From positions 174,437 to 238,436 of the IMG/VR virus record IMGVR_UViG_3300037264_008423: a stretch of 64,000 nucleotides of DNA, one strand, 5' to 3'. Below the pieces are notes generated by a model. It was not told where the DNA came from. It ran no database searches and saw only the letters and a list, made by a program, of their open reading frames with translations. Below, piece by piece: positions 1 through 10,379 of this stretch. The position numbers and the translations under genes were made by a program. Every line of letters starts with the position of its first letter. The stretch's first letter is position 1.

Positions 1-619
1 TGATCTGGCCCGACCGGAACAGCTTATAGCCGATAATCCAGGAGCCTGCGGTGATTTCAGAGCTAAGGAGCAAGCTTTCAAAATCCTGCTTGGCGATCTC
101 TGTTCCCATCATCCGGTCAAGGCTGCGGATGTCAAACGTTCCGTATTGACGCTGACAGGCCGCCGCGAAGACTTTGACCTGGCGCACGGCATGCTCCGTG
201 GTCAAGACTCTGGCGTGGAAATTTTCATCGGGCCGGGACTGCGCCCAGCCGGTCATGTTGGCCAGGATAAACAGTTTAACAGAAGTGCCACTCTGGCGCG
301 CCCTGGCCAGGACCAGATCGCGCTGGCGGCCCACCCGACCGGGCGCTCGGTGCTCGAAGACCCATTCGTGGCATAGCGCGTAAACATGTTCCAGGTCCGC
401 CGCGTCGGGGTCCAGGCTGTAAACATCTCCGTGCTCGTAGCGATGCAGGGTATAGGGCACAAAGTTAAACTCGGCCCGGTGGAGGGGCACGCGCCGCGCC
501 AAGTGGCCCATGAGTTCCGCGCAGGCGGCGCGATGGGGGCATACGGGACAGGCGGGGTTATCCCGGTTTTGTTCCAGCCCGAAGCAGGGCAGCGGCGGAT
601 CGTAGGCTTGTCTTTCCAC
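1..619 (-). CDS. Hypothetical phage protein, partial (runs off the left edge)
   Basis: Hand translation from GTG at 619 is open to the window edge (VERQAYDPPLPCFGLEQNRDNPACPVCPHRAAC...); Cys cluster; absent from the ORF track because it has no stop. Confidence 0.65.
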   Translation of the reverse strand, partial: MERQAYDPPLPCFGLEQNRDNPACPVCPHRAACAELMGHLARRVPLHRAEFNFVPYTLHRYEHGDVYSLDPDAADLEHVYALCHEWVFEHRAPGRVGRQRDLVLARARQSGTSVKLFILANMTGWAQSRPDENFHARVLTTEHAVRQVKVFAAACQRQYGTFDIRSLDRMMGTEIAKQDFESLLLSSEITAGSWIIGYKLFRSGQI

Positions 620-635
620 AGCCTTAAAGAACGAT

Positions 636-3600
636 TTGGTTCTAGCCCTCATGCCAGAAAATGAGCAAGTCGATGCGGAGACCAAAAAACCACGGGCACC
701 CCTGCGGGTTTTTCGCACCCACGCGGGTGAGCCGGTCAGCTACACGGGGGTCAAAAAGTTTTTTAAGGACATCATCACCTACCACAACGGCTCCCGGATG
801 GAGGGCAAGCGCGAGCTGGTGGAGCTGGCGGACCCCAACCTGCCGTTAGGCGACCGTCCGCTGATACCCGGCAGGCACAGCCCGGTGTGCGCCGCGTGCG
901 GCCTGGACCAGATGGGAGCCAAGCGGCCCTACCTGGAATATGCGGGGCCAGACCGACCGGTGGTCACGATCCTGGTGGAATGCGTGTCTAAAAGGGACGA
1001 TGATCGGGGACAGATCGGGGTGGGCAACCCTATCGCCTACCTGTCCAGCCTCATCTACCGGCTGGAATCGGTCCATAAGGTAAGCCTGGGCGAGATCCGC
1101 TGGGTTCCCATCACACGGTGCGCCTACCGGGAGGGAAAACCTCCCAACTACAAAACGAAAGGCAATTGGTGCCGTTACCACGCCATCCAAGACCTGATCC
1201 TCCATCCGCCCAAAGTGGTCATTCCCGTGGGCACGGACGTGCTGGGCCTTCTATCCCACAAAAGCAACGCCCAAGACTGGAGCGGACGGCTTTTAACCTG
1301 GCGGGGCTGGCCTGATGACTGGCTCACGGAACCGGACTACATACTGGACCGGACCGATCCCGCGCACAAGGAAGGCACGGTGCGCGGACACCCTATCTTT
1401 GGACCGGCCCCCCAGGTAAGGATACCAATGGTGCCACTGCAAAGTCAGCGAATCGTGCTGGCCGCGCAGAACGAAGTGGTCACCCGGCGCTGGGTGGACC
1501 ATTTGATTTACGCGCTTAAGGTGGGAAAAATGGAAATCCCGCCTCCCGACTATATCCGGCCCTGGTATCACCTTAGCCTCGATCCGCAGGAGATTATCCA
1601 AATCTTGCAGACGGTGATTCAGTATGCTAATGCGCACCCGCCCTTTCGCGTGGCTTACGACACCGAAACTACCGGGTTGAAGGCATGGGCTTACTATAAG
1701 CGCGTGAGCGCCGATGAGGTCACCCGCTCCGCTGATCCCCGCATTGTGTTCATGATGTTCCGCTGGGTTAACCCGGAAACACAGCAGCCGGAATCGCTGG
1801 GCTTTCCCTGGGACTACCCGGAGAGCGAGCTGAAGCCGTTTTTACAGGCCATCACACCCTACGTGGTCGAACTGCTGGCCACGGCCAGCATCGTGGGCCA
1901 CAACTTGACCTTCGATGAATTGTTCACCATCGCGACGGTGGGCACCGAGCCAGCCGAGCACGAGCCTTTTACGCCGGACGGCGCGCTCAATCCATCCTGG
2001 CTGTGGCTGCAAGACCGAATTAACCTGCTCGCAAGCGCGATGGGCTGGGATACCTGGCACATGGCTTTCACCGTTCAGAAGCGACGCGGGAGCTTGGGTC
2101 TGGAAGTCATTACTTATGGCTACGCCCCTGATTTGGCCGGTTACGAGGAGGACATGACCCTGCTGATTGATCTGCATGGCGATCTGATGAACCCCGCCAA
2201 TAATAAGGGAGGCCACTACGCCAATTGTCCCAAGCCTCTGTGGGAGACTCACTTAAAACCCTACGTGATGGGCGACGTGGAAGCGACCTATCGGGCCAGG
2301 GACGCGCTGGCCGTGGAACTGAGCCAGACCCAAGGCTACCGTATCCCGATGGCCAAGCCAGGGGTTCCCGGACGCTTCCGCTACTACACCTGTCCCAACC
2401 GGGAGTGGGTTTACCAAAATATCATGGTCCCCGCCTCGCGAACGCTCACCAAAATAATGGCCAGGGGTATGCACATCGACGCCGAGGAACTGATCACCCA
2501 GGAACAGGTTTACCCCGAACGCGTGGAAGCCGCCAAGCGCGAATTGCGCGACGTGGACCCGGCCATTAGCGCCTGGTGCCAGACCAAACTGAGCGAATCC
2601 CAGCAGGTGAAAGAGGGCCAGTCCTCCGAGGATCGGGTGCTGTGGGAACTGGATCTGGAAAATAAAAGTCAGTTGAAGGAGCTGCTGTTCCAGGTCTTAA
2701 AGTGTCCCATCCAACGCATGACAAAGAGCGGACGTAAAATTTATGGCGATGAACTCGCTGGCTGGGAACACCTGGAATGCGCGATCAAGCTCGAATACGC
2801 GGCAGTGGACAAATACACCCTGAACCGGCTAGCCGTGGATCACCCCAACCTGCGTCCGCTCCAGCAATATCGTAAAGAGTTCAAGCTCTATTCCACCTAT
2901 GTGCGGCCTTTGCGCAACATGATGGCCGAGCGCCTGGACAAAAAGCAGCGGGTCAAGGAGCCACACCTGTCCGTGGACCACTGCATTCATGCTCAATTTA
3001 TGCTGACCGGGACACGGGGAGGGCGTCTGTCCTGCCGCGACCCCAACCTGCAACAGCTTCCGAATGACGGCAAGGTGAAGCGCCTTTTTAGTTCCCGATT
3101 TGGCTCTCGTGGCTGTATCTATGCCGCCGATCTCAGCCAGATCGAGCTGCGCCTTATGGCGGCGGCCTGTGGTGACGCGTCAATGGTTGGCGCGTATTTG
3201 AACGATGTTGATCTTCACTCCTTGACCGCCAGCAAAATCGCCTGGAGCGACGGTAAGATCTCCTACGAGGAGTTCACGAAGAAGCACATGGAGAAGCTCC
3301 AGCACGAGGGCCACGCGGACCAGGCCAAGGATTTGGAACTGAAGCGTAAGATCGCAAAAACCGTAAACTTTTTAACGGGTTACGGCGGCGGTGCTTTTGG
3401 TTTACAAAATGTTCTTGCGAACAACCAGGTTTACATTACGCTGGAAGAGTGCGAGCACATTATCGACTCGTTCTTTGAAGCTTATCCCGCGCTTCAGCGT
3501 TTCCTGGGGGTTTACAAGGATTTCATCTTAACCAACGCGTGCGCCGTGTCGCTCTTTGGCCGGGTGCGCTTTTTCGAGGAAGTCCGGGGCGAAGACCAGG

Positions 3601-3983
3601 AGGCGACCAGCAAGGCGCTTCGCGCTGGCTGCAACCACCTGATTCAAAGCACGGCCAGCGACATGATGCTGCTGTGCCTGATCACTATCGAGGCGCTCAT
3701 GCGCGATGCCGGATTAAATTCCCTGCTGGTTTCCACGGTCCACGACAGCTTGGTTGTGGATGCGCTGCGCGAAGAGTTGCCGCAGATCCATGACATCGCG
3801 TATGGGGTGATGAACGACATCCCCACGGTCATTCAGTCCATGCTGCCTGGCTACGATACGTCCTGGATGATTGTGCCGCTGGCCGGGGATAGCGAAGTGG
3901 GCTTGAACTACCTGGAAACCAATAAAATATCCGGGTCCAACCCGGACTGGGAGGCTCTGCTGCAACCCTGGAAGAAGGGATAG
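636..3983 (+). CDS. polA: Family A DNA polymerase with N-terminal UDG-like domain and 3'-5' exonuclease
   Basis: Exo DTETTG; motif A DLSQIELR; motif B RKIAKTVNFLTGYG; motif C TVHDS; N-terminal CAAC...ITRC...LIPVGTD resembles family-4 UDG fold as in SPO1-type polymerases. Confidence 0.95.
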   Translation: MVLALMPENEQVDAETKKPRAPLRVFRTHAGEPVSYTGVKKFFKDIITYHNGSRMEGKRELVELADPNLPLGDRPLIPGRHSPVCAACGLDQMGAKRPYLEYAGPDRPVVTILVECVSKRDDDRGQIGVGNPIAYLSSLIYRLESVHKVSLGEIRWVPITRCAYREGKPPNYKTKGNWCRYHAIQDLILHPPKVVIPVGTDVLGLLSHKSNAQDWSGRLLTWRGWPDDWLTEPDYILDRTDPAHKEGTVRGHPIFGPAPQVRIPMVPLQSQRIVLAAQNEVVTRRWVDHLIYALKVGKMEIPPPDYIRPWYHLSLDPQEIIQILQTVIQYANAHPPFRVAYDTETTGLKAWAYYKRVSADEVTRSADPRIVFMMFRWVNPETQQPESLGFPWDYPESELKPFLQAITPYVVELLATASIVGHNLTFDELFTIATVGTEPAEHEPFTPDGALNPSWLWLQDRINLLASAMGWDTWHMAFTVQKRRGSLGLEVITYGYAPDLAGYEEDMTLLIDLHGDLMNPANNKGGHYANCPKPLWETHLKPYVMGDVEATYRARDALAVELSQTQGYRIPMAKPGVPGRFRYYTCPNREWVYQNIMVPASRTLTKIMARGMHIDAEELITQEQVYPERVEAAKRELRDVDPAISAWCQTKLSESQQVKEGQSSEDRVLWELDLENKSQLKELLFQVLKCPIQRMTKSGRKIYGDELAGWEHLECAIKLEYAAVDKYTLNRLAVDHPNLRPLQQYRKEFKLYSTYVRPLRNMMAERLDKKQRVKEPHLSVDHCIHAQFMLTGTRGGRLSCRDPNLQQLPNDGKVKRLFSSRFGSRGCIYAADLSQIELRLMAAACGDASMVGAYLNDVDLHSLTASKIAWSDGKISYEEFTKKHMEKLQHEGHADQAKDLELKRKIAKTVNFLTGYGGGAFGLQNVLANNQVYITLEECEHIIDSFFEAYPALQRFLGVYKDFILTNACAVSLFGRVRFFEEVRGEDQEATSKALRAGCNHLIQSTASDMMLLCLITIEALMRDAGLNSLLVSTVHDSLVVDALREELPQIHDIAYGVMNDIPTVIQSMLPGYDTSWMIVPLAGDSEVGLNYLETNKISGSNPDWEALLQPWKKG

Positions 3984-3993
3984 TAATTAGAGT

Positions 3994-4908
3994 GTGAATG
4001 CGAGATTGATCATCGAAAAGTTGGCGGCTCTGGATGAAGCACCGGTCGCACCAGAAGTTGAGCCGGATGTGAAACCGGGAGTGGAGCCAGATGCGCCTCC
4101 CGCGCCGTCACGTCCCAGGCGGACTGAACCGGCGCGGCCCACGCGCCCTTCCCCCAGCCCGTGGACGGTGCCCCCGGACTACGAGCCGGGCACTTTTCCG
4201 AGGCCCAAGGCGGAGGACGAATCCGAATCGATTGAATCCTGGCTGGAAGTGACCCAGCAGCCGATCCGCGATTGGGAGTGGGATGGCAATCATCTGCGAT
4301 TGATCATGCTGGACGGCTCCGTGGAGACCTACACCCGCGATCAACTGTCTGAATTTGGCGTGTTTGACTCCGGGGAAAGCCAGGCTTTCGCGGAGAGCCA
4401 GGACGACGATGATGACGACGCTGGCCAGGCGGAGGCAGAAGAGGATGATACCGAGGATGAAGAGGGCGCTGCCGAGAGTCCTTTTGGCGATGAGGGAGAG
4501 AGCTTAGATTCCTGCCCTTGTCCCGCTGGAGCGCCTTCCGGGCCGGACAGCACCATCCAGAGCATTCTAGGGGGTGAGGACACGCAAGTTATCACCGGCG
4601 AGCCAGCCGAGCGCCTCGCCTCGGCGGTGAGTGACGTAGTTTCGGCGATTATCGGATTGGTCACCGGCGACAGTCCGCCTGCGGGTGATCCCACAGGTGA
4701 TTCCGCCTGCGGCGCGGCTTCAGGAGAATTAGATTTGGCCGCCTCGGATCAGCGGCCCGACGAGGATTACGACCAGGGCCAACTGGCCCAAGGCGTCGAA
4801 GTGGAGCAGGAGCACACCCAGGACATGGACGAGGCCAAAAAGATCGCCAAAGACCACCTGGACGAGGACCCGCGTTACTACACCAAACTTAACCAGATGG
4901 AGGGCTGA
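3994..4908 (+). CDS. Acidic, Pro-rich protein with C-terminal DUF5661-like motif
   Basis: C-terminal GVEVEQEHT...AKKIAKDHLDEDPRYYTKL; low-complexity acidic middle. Confidence 0.7.
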   Translation: MNARLIIEKLAALDEAPVAPEVEPDVKPGVEPDAPPAPSRPRRTEPARPTRPSPSPWTVPPDYEPGTFPRPKAEDESESIESWLEVTQQPIRDWEWDGNHLRLIMLDGSVETYTRDQLSEFGVFDSGESQAFAESQDDDDDDAGQAEAEEDDTEDEEGAAESPFGDEGESLDSCPCPAGAPSGPDSTIQSILGGEDTQVITGEPAERLASAVSDVVSAIIGLVTGDSPPAGDPTGDSACGAASGELDLAASDQRPDEDYDQGQLAQGVEVEQEHTQDMDEAKKIAKDHLDEDPRYYTKLNQMEG

Positions 4909-6149
4909 TGCGCGCTTGGGAAATCATCGAGGCCATCGACGACCCCAGCGGCCTGATCCACCCGGAAAAGCATCAGGCCATCGGCGGTCGCACCCACCCG
5001 CTGGGCAGGCACCCCGCTTACCCGGAGCACACGCCTGGACCCGAGGAGCGCACGACCAACTACGAGGAAGTGCTGGCCAGCCGTCAATGGCAGAAGATTT
5101 TGCAAAAGGGCCAGCGTTACCTGGGGGTTCCCTTGACGCGGCAAGCGTTGCCGGTTATCCAGCGCAAGCTGATCCAGGCCATGCAGTTGATTGCCCAGGC
5201 GGAGGCCGAGCATAAGGAGGAGCTGGAAGCCCTGGCCATCGAGCTGGTGTTCGAGCTGCCGGAGTTTAAAAGCGCCCGGCAAGCGTATGAGTCCAACCAG
5301 ATTGTCATTGACGCTCAACTGACCGATGAACCCAGTCTGGAGGGGACCCTGACGAGCGACGAGCCGGAGGCTCAGGCTCCCCTGCACCAAGAGCGAACGC
5401 CTGCTGAAAAAGAGTGGATCAACAAGATGATCCAGCGGCGGCACTTTACCAACGCCATGATCCAAGGCTCCGCTGTCTCCAACAACTACCTGTTCGAGTT
5501 GGCTGGGCAAGCCCTGGACCGCATTCATCCTCAACTGCGCCAAGCCTATGGCACGCTCATGGTCGCCACGGAGACCGGCTACTGGATGTTCCCGCAAAGC
5601 GCCGTCATTCAAGGGGCGCGCGCTCAAACTCAGGTAGGTTCCACCAAAGTGGATTTTACGGACGAGCAGGAAATGGACCAGGACGAGCCGGAGGCTACCC
5701 CCGCCCAGCGCCGACCTAAAGTAAGCGCCCAGGCGCTTCATTTTCCCGTTTTGATTCAGGAAATCATCAAAGGCTTGACGGAATTAGCCTCGCTGCCCAG
5801 CCTGCCGCGTGACCCGGATGAACGCCAGGAAGTCATGAACAAAGCCGACCTGGTGGACATGGAGGCGTGGCACATGATCCTGGGTCCACAGCTTTGGGAC
5901 CAGTTCGTGGCCGCTACGGACGCCGAAAACGAGCGCGAGCTGACTTTTCACCTTTATCGCTATATCCAACAGATGGATGTGGACCAGTTCAACTCTTTCA
6001 TGCGCGAAATCTACGCCAAGACACCCAGGGGCATCCAATTGTTGCGCCAACTGGCGCAGCGGGTAAAGGCGGATCTACAGGCGTACGAGGAGGGCCAGGC
6101 AGGCATGGGTGAGTCCGTGCGCTGGCTGATTCGCGCGCTCATTGATTAA
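4908..6149 (+). CDS. Hypothetical phage protein (413 aa)
   Basis: Long ORF coupled to the upstream stop (TGATG). Confidence 0.8.
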   Translation: MRAWEIIEAIDDPSGLIHPEKHQAIGGRTHPLGRHPAYPEHTPGPEERTTNYEEVLASRQWQKILQKGQRYLGVPLTRQALPVIQRKLIQAMQLIAQAEAEHKEELEALAIELVFELPEFKSARQAYESNQIVIDAQLTDEPSLEGTLTSDEPEAQAPLHQERTPAEKEWINKMIQRRHFTNAMIQGSAVSNNYLFELAGQALDRIHPQLRQAYGTLMVATETGYWMFPQSAVIQGARAQTQVGSTKVDFTDEQEMDQDEPEATPAQRRPKVSAQALHFPVLIQEIIKGLTELASLPSLPRDPDERQEVMNKADLVDMEAWHMILGPQLWDQFVAATDAENERELTFHLYRYIQQMDVDQFNSFMREIYAKTPRGIQLLRQLAQRVKADLQAYEEGQAGMGESVRWLIRALID

Positions 6150-6544
6150 ACTTTGACCTCCACTACCGCGCCACAGTGTTCGCATTTGTAGCGCATTTCC
6201 GTTTTACCGTTCGCCGATTGCACGCGGGTCGCCGCGCTCTTAATGCTTTTCCGGCACGCGCCGCAAAGCAGGACAAAATCCGCAGGAATTTCCGGCTGCG
6301 GCTTGGGGGGTGGGGCCGGGCTGGGTTCCGGTTCTAGCGGGGGTAGGACTTGAGCGGCGGGAGCATTAATCGAAATCGAGGAAGTGGTGACAGGCTCAGC
6401 CGGGTTCATCCAGACATGTGTCTGCGTCGCGGACCGGCTGCCCCGCACGAAGTCGTAAGCCAATTTTAGCAGGACCACGGTCAAGGTCAATAGCCAGGCT
6501 GCGCCGCAGATCCAAAAAGTTTGAGCGCAAATATTTTTAAGCAT
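6146..6544 (-). CDS. Membrane-anchored Zn-ribbon protein
   Basis: N-terminal hydrophobic helix, Pro-rich linker, CGAC...CEHC. Confidence 0.65.
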   Translation of the reverse strand: MLKNICAQTFWICGAAWLLTLTVVLLKLAYDFVRGSRSATQTHVWMNPAEPVTTSSISINAPAAQVLPPLEPEPSPAPPPKPQPEIPADFVLLCGACRKSIKSAATRVQSANGKTEMRYKCEHCGAVVEVKV

Positions 6545-6585
6545 AATTATTTTTGTTTACAAATTCTACCCCATGCATCATCTTA

Positions 6586-8673
6586 ATGGAAAGAACCGAA
6601 TATATGACCATAACTGACGCCCAACGGATCGTGGCTCTTAGAACTGAACTCACTGACCACGCCTATCGCTATTACATCGCCAACTCGCCTTTTATTTCCG
6701 ATGACGAGTATGACCTGAAGTTTAAACAGCTCGTGGAAATGGAGAATCAGCACCCCGAAATGTTCGACCCCAATTCGCCCACTCAGCGCGTTGGTTCGCC
6801 AATTCCCGGAGAGCAGCGCAAAATGCATCACCGGGTGCGTATGCTGTCGCTGGATAACACGAACAGTCTTGACGAAGCGATGGATTTTCTGTCGGGTCAA
6901 GAGGGGAGAGAAGTGACTTTGGAGATGAAAATTGACGGCCTGAGCCTGCACCTGGACTACGAAAAAGGCAGGCTGGTCCGCGCCATCACGCGCGGCGATG
7001 GATCGGATGGCCAGGACGTGACGGAAAACGCGCGCACCATCCATACCCTCCCCCTGGTGCTGCGCCGACCCGTGGACATTTCAGTGCGCGGCGAGGTTTA
7101 TTGGAGTCTGACCCAGTTTGAAAAGTATAACACGACGGTCGCCGAGGGAGACCGGTTTGCCAATCCGCGCAATGGGGCTTCCGGCAGTCTTCAGCTCAAG
7201 GATTCCAGGGAAGTGGCGCGCCGCCACTTGAGTTTTGTGGCCTACAGCGTCCCCACGGATCTTCCCCCAGCCGTTACCACCCAGGAGGCCCTGCTGGAAT
7301 ATCTGGAAAGCCTGGGATTTATCAGCACCATGACGCTGCCGGTGCGCGCGGACATGGCCGGGCTGCCCTACTTGACCAGCGTGATTCAGCGGGAGGAGTT
7401 AGAGCGCGCGATTGGGTTTCTGAAAGAGTATCGGGCAAGCTTGGACCTGGAGACCGATGGCCTGGTGATTAAGCTTTCCTCCCTGGCGCTTCAGCGCGAT
7501 TTAGGCGAGGGCACGCGCGCGCCTAAATGGGCGGCGGCCTACAAATTTCCCCCGGAGAGCAAAGAGGCGCTGCTCCTGTCCATCGCTCCGCAACTAGGTC
7601 GAACGGGACAAATTACGCCCGTAGCTAAAATCGAACCTGTGACGCTGGATGGCGTGGTGGTTCAGAGCGTGTCCCTGTGCAATCAGGACGAACTGGACCG
7701 GCTGGGCATTGATATCGGCGACTATGTTCAGGTCCAGCGCAGCGGCAAAGTGATTCCCAAGATCGTGGGCCTGGCGCGGCCCTCTCCTTCCAAGTCCAGC
7801 CCCCATCAGAGTTTTCAACTTCCCAAAACCTGTCCGTGTTGCGCCACAACTTTGATCCGCCCCCAGGGCATGGTCCACCTATACTGCCCCAACCCGGACT
7901 GCCCGGATCAGGTTTACGCTCGCCTGGTTTACGCCCTGGGCAAAGAGGCGCTGGACATTGACGGTTGCGGGGACATTACCGTGCGCTTGCTGGTGGAAAA
8001 AGCAGGTGTGAAGAAACTGTCCGATCTGTTCGCTTTAACCGAGTTTGGATTCATTAAGGGCGCGGCCCAGCGCAAGCTGAAGGAGGGTATCGAGGCCGCC
8101 AAGAAAGCTCCGCTTTGGCGCAAGTTGGCGGCGCTCAGCATCGAAGAAGTGGGCAGGGTCAAGTGCCAGGACTTGGCCACTAAATTCAGCCAACCGGTGC
8201 CTGCGGATGAATTACAAAAAGAGGAGACGGCGGAAAAGCCGGAAGACCAGCTCAACCCCATCCTGCGCATGATGAACTACTCCGGGCAGGTCGAACGCCT
8301 GATCGGCGCATCAGCTAAAGACCAGCTTATCAACTATCTGTATGACCATATCGACGAGCTGGAGCGCCTGGCCGATCACGGTTTTATTTTCAGCGCGGAC
8401 GCCCGGTCTGCCGGTCCGCTCAGTGGCAAGACTTTTTGCATCACGGGCACGCTCATGAGCGGCAAGCGGGATGAAGTTAGCGCCTTGATCGAGAAGCTAG
8501 GCGGTGTGGTCAAGGGCGAGGTCACCAAGAACGTCGGGTTTTTAATTCAGGGGATGGGCGGGGGCAATAAAAAGGCGGCAGGCGCGCTCAAACACGGCAC
8601 CCGGACGATCACTGAGGAGGAACTTTATCAGATGATGGGTGTCCCTATGCCGATCATGGGAAAAATTGAGTAA
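6586..8673 (+). CDS. ligA: NAD-dependent DNA ligase
   Basis: KIDG adenylation motif, TRGDG, DGLVIK, CPCC..CPNPDC Zn finger, C-terminal BRCT (FCITGTL); start uncertain (6586 or 6604). Confidence 0.97.
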   Translation: MERTEYMTITDAQRIVALRTELTDHAYRYYIANSPFISDDEYDLKFKQLVEMENQHPEMFDPNSPTQRVGSPIPGEQRKMHHRVRMLSLDNTNSLDEAMDFLSGQEGREVTLEMKIDGLSLHLDYEKGRLVRAITRGDGSDGQDVTENARTIHTLPLVLRRPVDISVRGEVYWSLTQFEKYNTTVAEGDRFANPRNGASGSLQLKDSREVARRHLSFVAYSVPTDLPPAVTTQEALLEYLESLGFISTMTLPVRADMAGLPYLTSVIQREELERAIGFLKEYRASLDLETDGLVIKLSSLALQRDLGEGTRAPKWAAAYKFPPESKEALLLSIAPQLGRTGQITPVAKIEPVTLDGVVVQSVSLCNQDELDRLGIDIGDYVQVQRSGKVIPKIVGLARPSPSKSSPHQSFQLPKTCPCCATTLIRPQGMVHLYCPNPDCPDQVYARLVYALGKEALDIDGCGDITVRLLVEKAGVKKLSDLFALTEFGFIKGAAQRKLKEGIEAAKKAPLWRKLAALSIEEVGRVKCQDLATKFSQPVPADELQKEETAEKPEDQLNPILRMMNYSGQVERLIGASAKDQLINYLYDHIDELERLADHGFIFSADARSAGPLSGKTFCITGTLMSGKRDEVSALIEKLGGVVKGEVTKNVGFLIQGMGGGNKKAAGALKHGTRTITEEELYQMMGVPMPIMGKIE

Positions 8674-9260
8674 GCTGTAAAGGGTTGGCTGGCATGACTT
8701 TGCGTTGTCCGTAAAAATATTTTCATTTTTAATTTGCATTGTTTACGAAAATAATTTAGTTTCTGCTTGTCAATGAGACGTAATGTCTTTACGGTGAAAG
8801 TGCAAATCAGAATGAACTTAGAGCGTCACATGTCAGTCAATTTAAAACCCGCCAATTCGGGACGGCATTATGCTGCCCTGATTCAAGGGTGGGATAGTGC
8901 CGCCGTGTTGTGCTTTAGCGCCCGTAGCACACGCGAACCAGGTCAGGAGGTAGCAGGATAGGGTCGCACTCCAAAGAATTTTCATCCTGCTACCTCGAAA
9001 GAAGTCAGCAGGATTTTTCATTTTATGCCCCAGTGGGGACGAGAGCCAGGCCGTTAATCTGGTAAACGCCACAGTTAAAGACCCGTGGGTTCAACTCAGA
9101 CTTGAGATCGTAGGTGTGTGTTCTTTGTTGAAAGGCCCCACGGCCTGTAGCCGCAAGCCGGTGACCGCCGTGGGGCTTTTATTTTAAACCGTATTTAGAG
9201 AAAGAAAATTATGCCGACGCGCCAAGCCGAATCACAGAAGATCGCAGCCGCCGCGCGCAC

Positions 9261-9334
9261 GCGGGTATGGTCTAACAGCAGAACGAGGCGGTGCCAGCGC
9301 TTAGGTGGGGGTGCGATTCCCCCTACCCGCTCCA
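9261..9334 (+). tRNA. tRNA-Gly(GCC)
   Basis: Acceptor GCGGGTA/TACCCGC, loop GTGCCAG, CCA end. Confidence 0.8.
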
Positions 9335-9416
9335 AATTTAGAATGCTACCGGTCTCAACGGTGACGTGATTCAGACCACTGAGTCATCCGAGTTCTATCC
9401 TCGGCGGCTGCACCGT

Positions 9417-9492
9417 GGGGGCGCATGTTCCGTAGCGGCGAGATTGCCTTGCAAGCAAACTGGGTCGGGTGCGACTCCCGTCACCTCCACCA
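9417..9492 (+). tRNA. tRNA-Ala(TGC)
   Basis: Loop CTTGCAA, G3:U70, ACCA end. Confidence 0.8.
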
Positions 9493-9532
9493 AATCTTTT
9501 GACAGATTTTTTTGCGCGCGGTAAGGTCAAGT

Positions 9533-9721
9533 ATGAAACGTAAACACTTTCTATATGGCCTGCTCGCAGGCGCGGCGTCCACTTTAATGCTGGTCTTGTT
9601 CCTAGGCGCGGCAGATCCCACTTGGCTGGACATCGCAAGCAGCCTGAAGCGGATCGCCCATTCCCTGGAGATGATCTCCGGCCAGCGGCCCGGTTGGAAA
9701 ATTCCATACGCGGGTAAATGA
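9533..9721 (+). CDS. Small secreted/membrane protein
   Basis: MKRKHFLYGLLAGAASTLMLVLFLGAA signal-like N-terminus; fills the gap between tRNAs. Confidence 0.6.
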   Translation: MKRKHFLYGLLAGAASTLMLVLFLGAADPTWLDIASSLKRIAHSLEMISGQRPGWKIPYAGK

Positions 9722-9726
9722 CCTTC

Positions 9727-9800
9727 GGGGCCATAGCTCAATAGCAGAGCGGGTCGTTCGCAACGACTAGATCGGGGTGCGACTCCCCGTGGTTCCACCA
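9727..9800 (+). tRNA. tRNA-Ala(CGC)
   Basis: Cloverleaf, loop TTCGCAA, ACCA end. Confidence 0.9.
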
Positions 9801-9805
9801 GATTT

Positions 9806-9880
9806 CGGCTGCGTAGCTCAATAGCAGAGCGTGCGCGTCACATGCACAAGGAACCCGTGCGATTCGGGCGTGGCCGACCA
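9806..9880 (+). tRNA. tRNA-Val(CAC)
   Basis: D arm GCTC/GAGC, loop GTCACAT, ACCA end; one anticodon-stem mismatch. Confidence 0.75.
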
Positions 9881-9896
9881 TTTTGTTCTAAAGCTT

Positions 9897-10340
9897 GTGA
9901 TCAATAGTAAACAAATCAAAGCTGAATTAGCCGTCATAAAGGTGCAGGAAGCGGCACTTAAAATGGGCCGGATATGCAGCAAACCTGTCATTGAAGGGAC
10001 GCGCTACGATTTGATAGTTGATGACGGTAAGCGTCTTATGCGCGTTCAAGTCAAATACTGTGGTGGTTATTACGATGGCGTTGTTGCGGTTAAACTTAAA
10101 AGTTATGGTAGGCAGGGGGCAGACCGTAGCTATTGCGCCAGTGAAATCGACGCCGTTATAGCCTATTCTGATGTGAATGACCGGCTTTATTGTCTGCCGA
10201 TTACTATGCTAGCGGACAAAACAACCATCCGCTTGCGCCATGCTCGTCCTAGAAACAATCAAAAGCAGCGGATTTGGCAGGCAGAAGACTTTATATGGGG
10301 CTGTAGCTCAAATAGGCAGAGCAGCACGATGGCATCGTGA
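9897..10340 (+). CDS. PD-(D/E)XK endonuclease (group I intron-like family), putative free-standing homing endonuclease
   Basis: KAELAV...RYDLIVDDG...RVQVKY; GTG start inferred; stop lies inside tRNA-Ala(GGC). Confidence 0.85.
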   Translation: MINSKQIKAELAVIKVQEAALKMGRICSKPVIEGTRYDLIVDDGKRLMRVQVKYCGGYYDGVVAVKLKSYGRQGADRSYCASEIDAVIAYSDVNDRLYCLPITMLADKTTIRLRHARPRNNQKQRIWQAEDFIWGCSSNRQSSTMAS

Positions 10341-10373
10341 AGGTTGAGGGTGCGATTCCCTTCGGTTCCACCA
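10297..10373 (+). tRNA. tRNA-Ala(GGC)
   Basis: Loop ATGGCAT, G3:U70, ACCA end. Confidence 0.85.
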
Positions 10374-10379
10374 ATTTTT

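Noticed and set aside
4878-5741. Long antisense ORFs (also 55204-56223, 61483-62730, 50501-51406)
   Set aside because: Shadow frames of GC-rich real genes; no motifs
9345-9413. tRNA-Sec(TCA)
   Set aside because: Has a T arm and ATTCAGA, but the anticodon stem does not pair, the acceptor is mismatched and there is no long variable arm; probably a relic
9807-9880. Opal (TCA) anticodon reading of this tRNA
   Set aside because: Needs G33 and no position 26; the CAC register gives U33/A37
9831-9896. Listed N-terminal extensions of ORFs into tRNAs (also 11178, 17823-17876, 19852-19989)
   Set aside because: They overlap well-formed tRNA(-like) genes; downstream starts are more plausible
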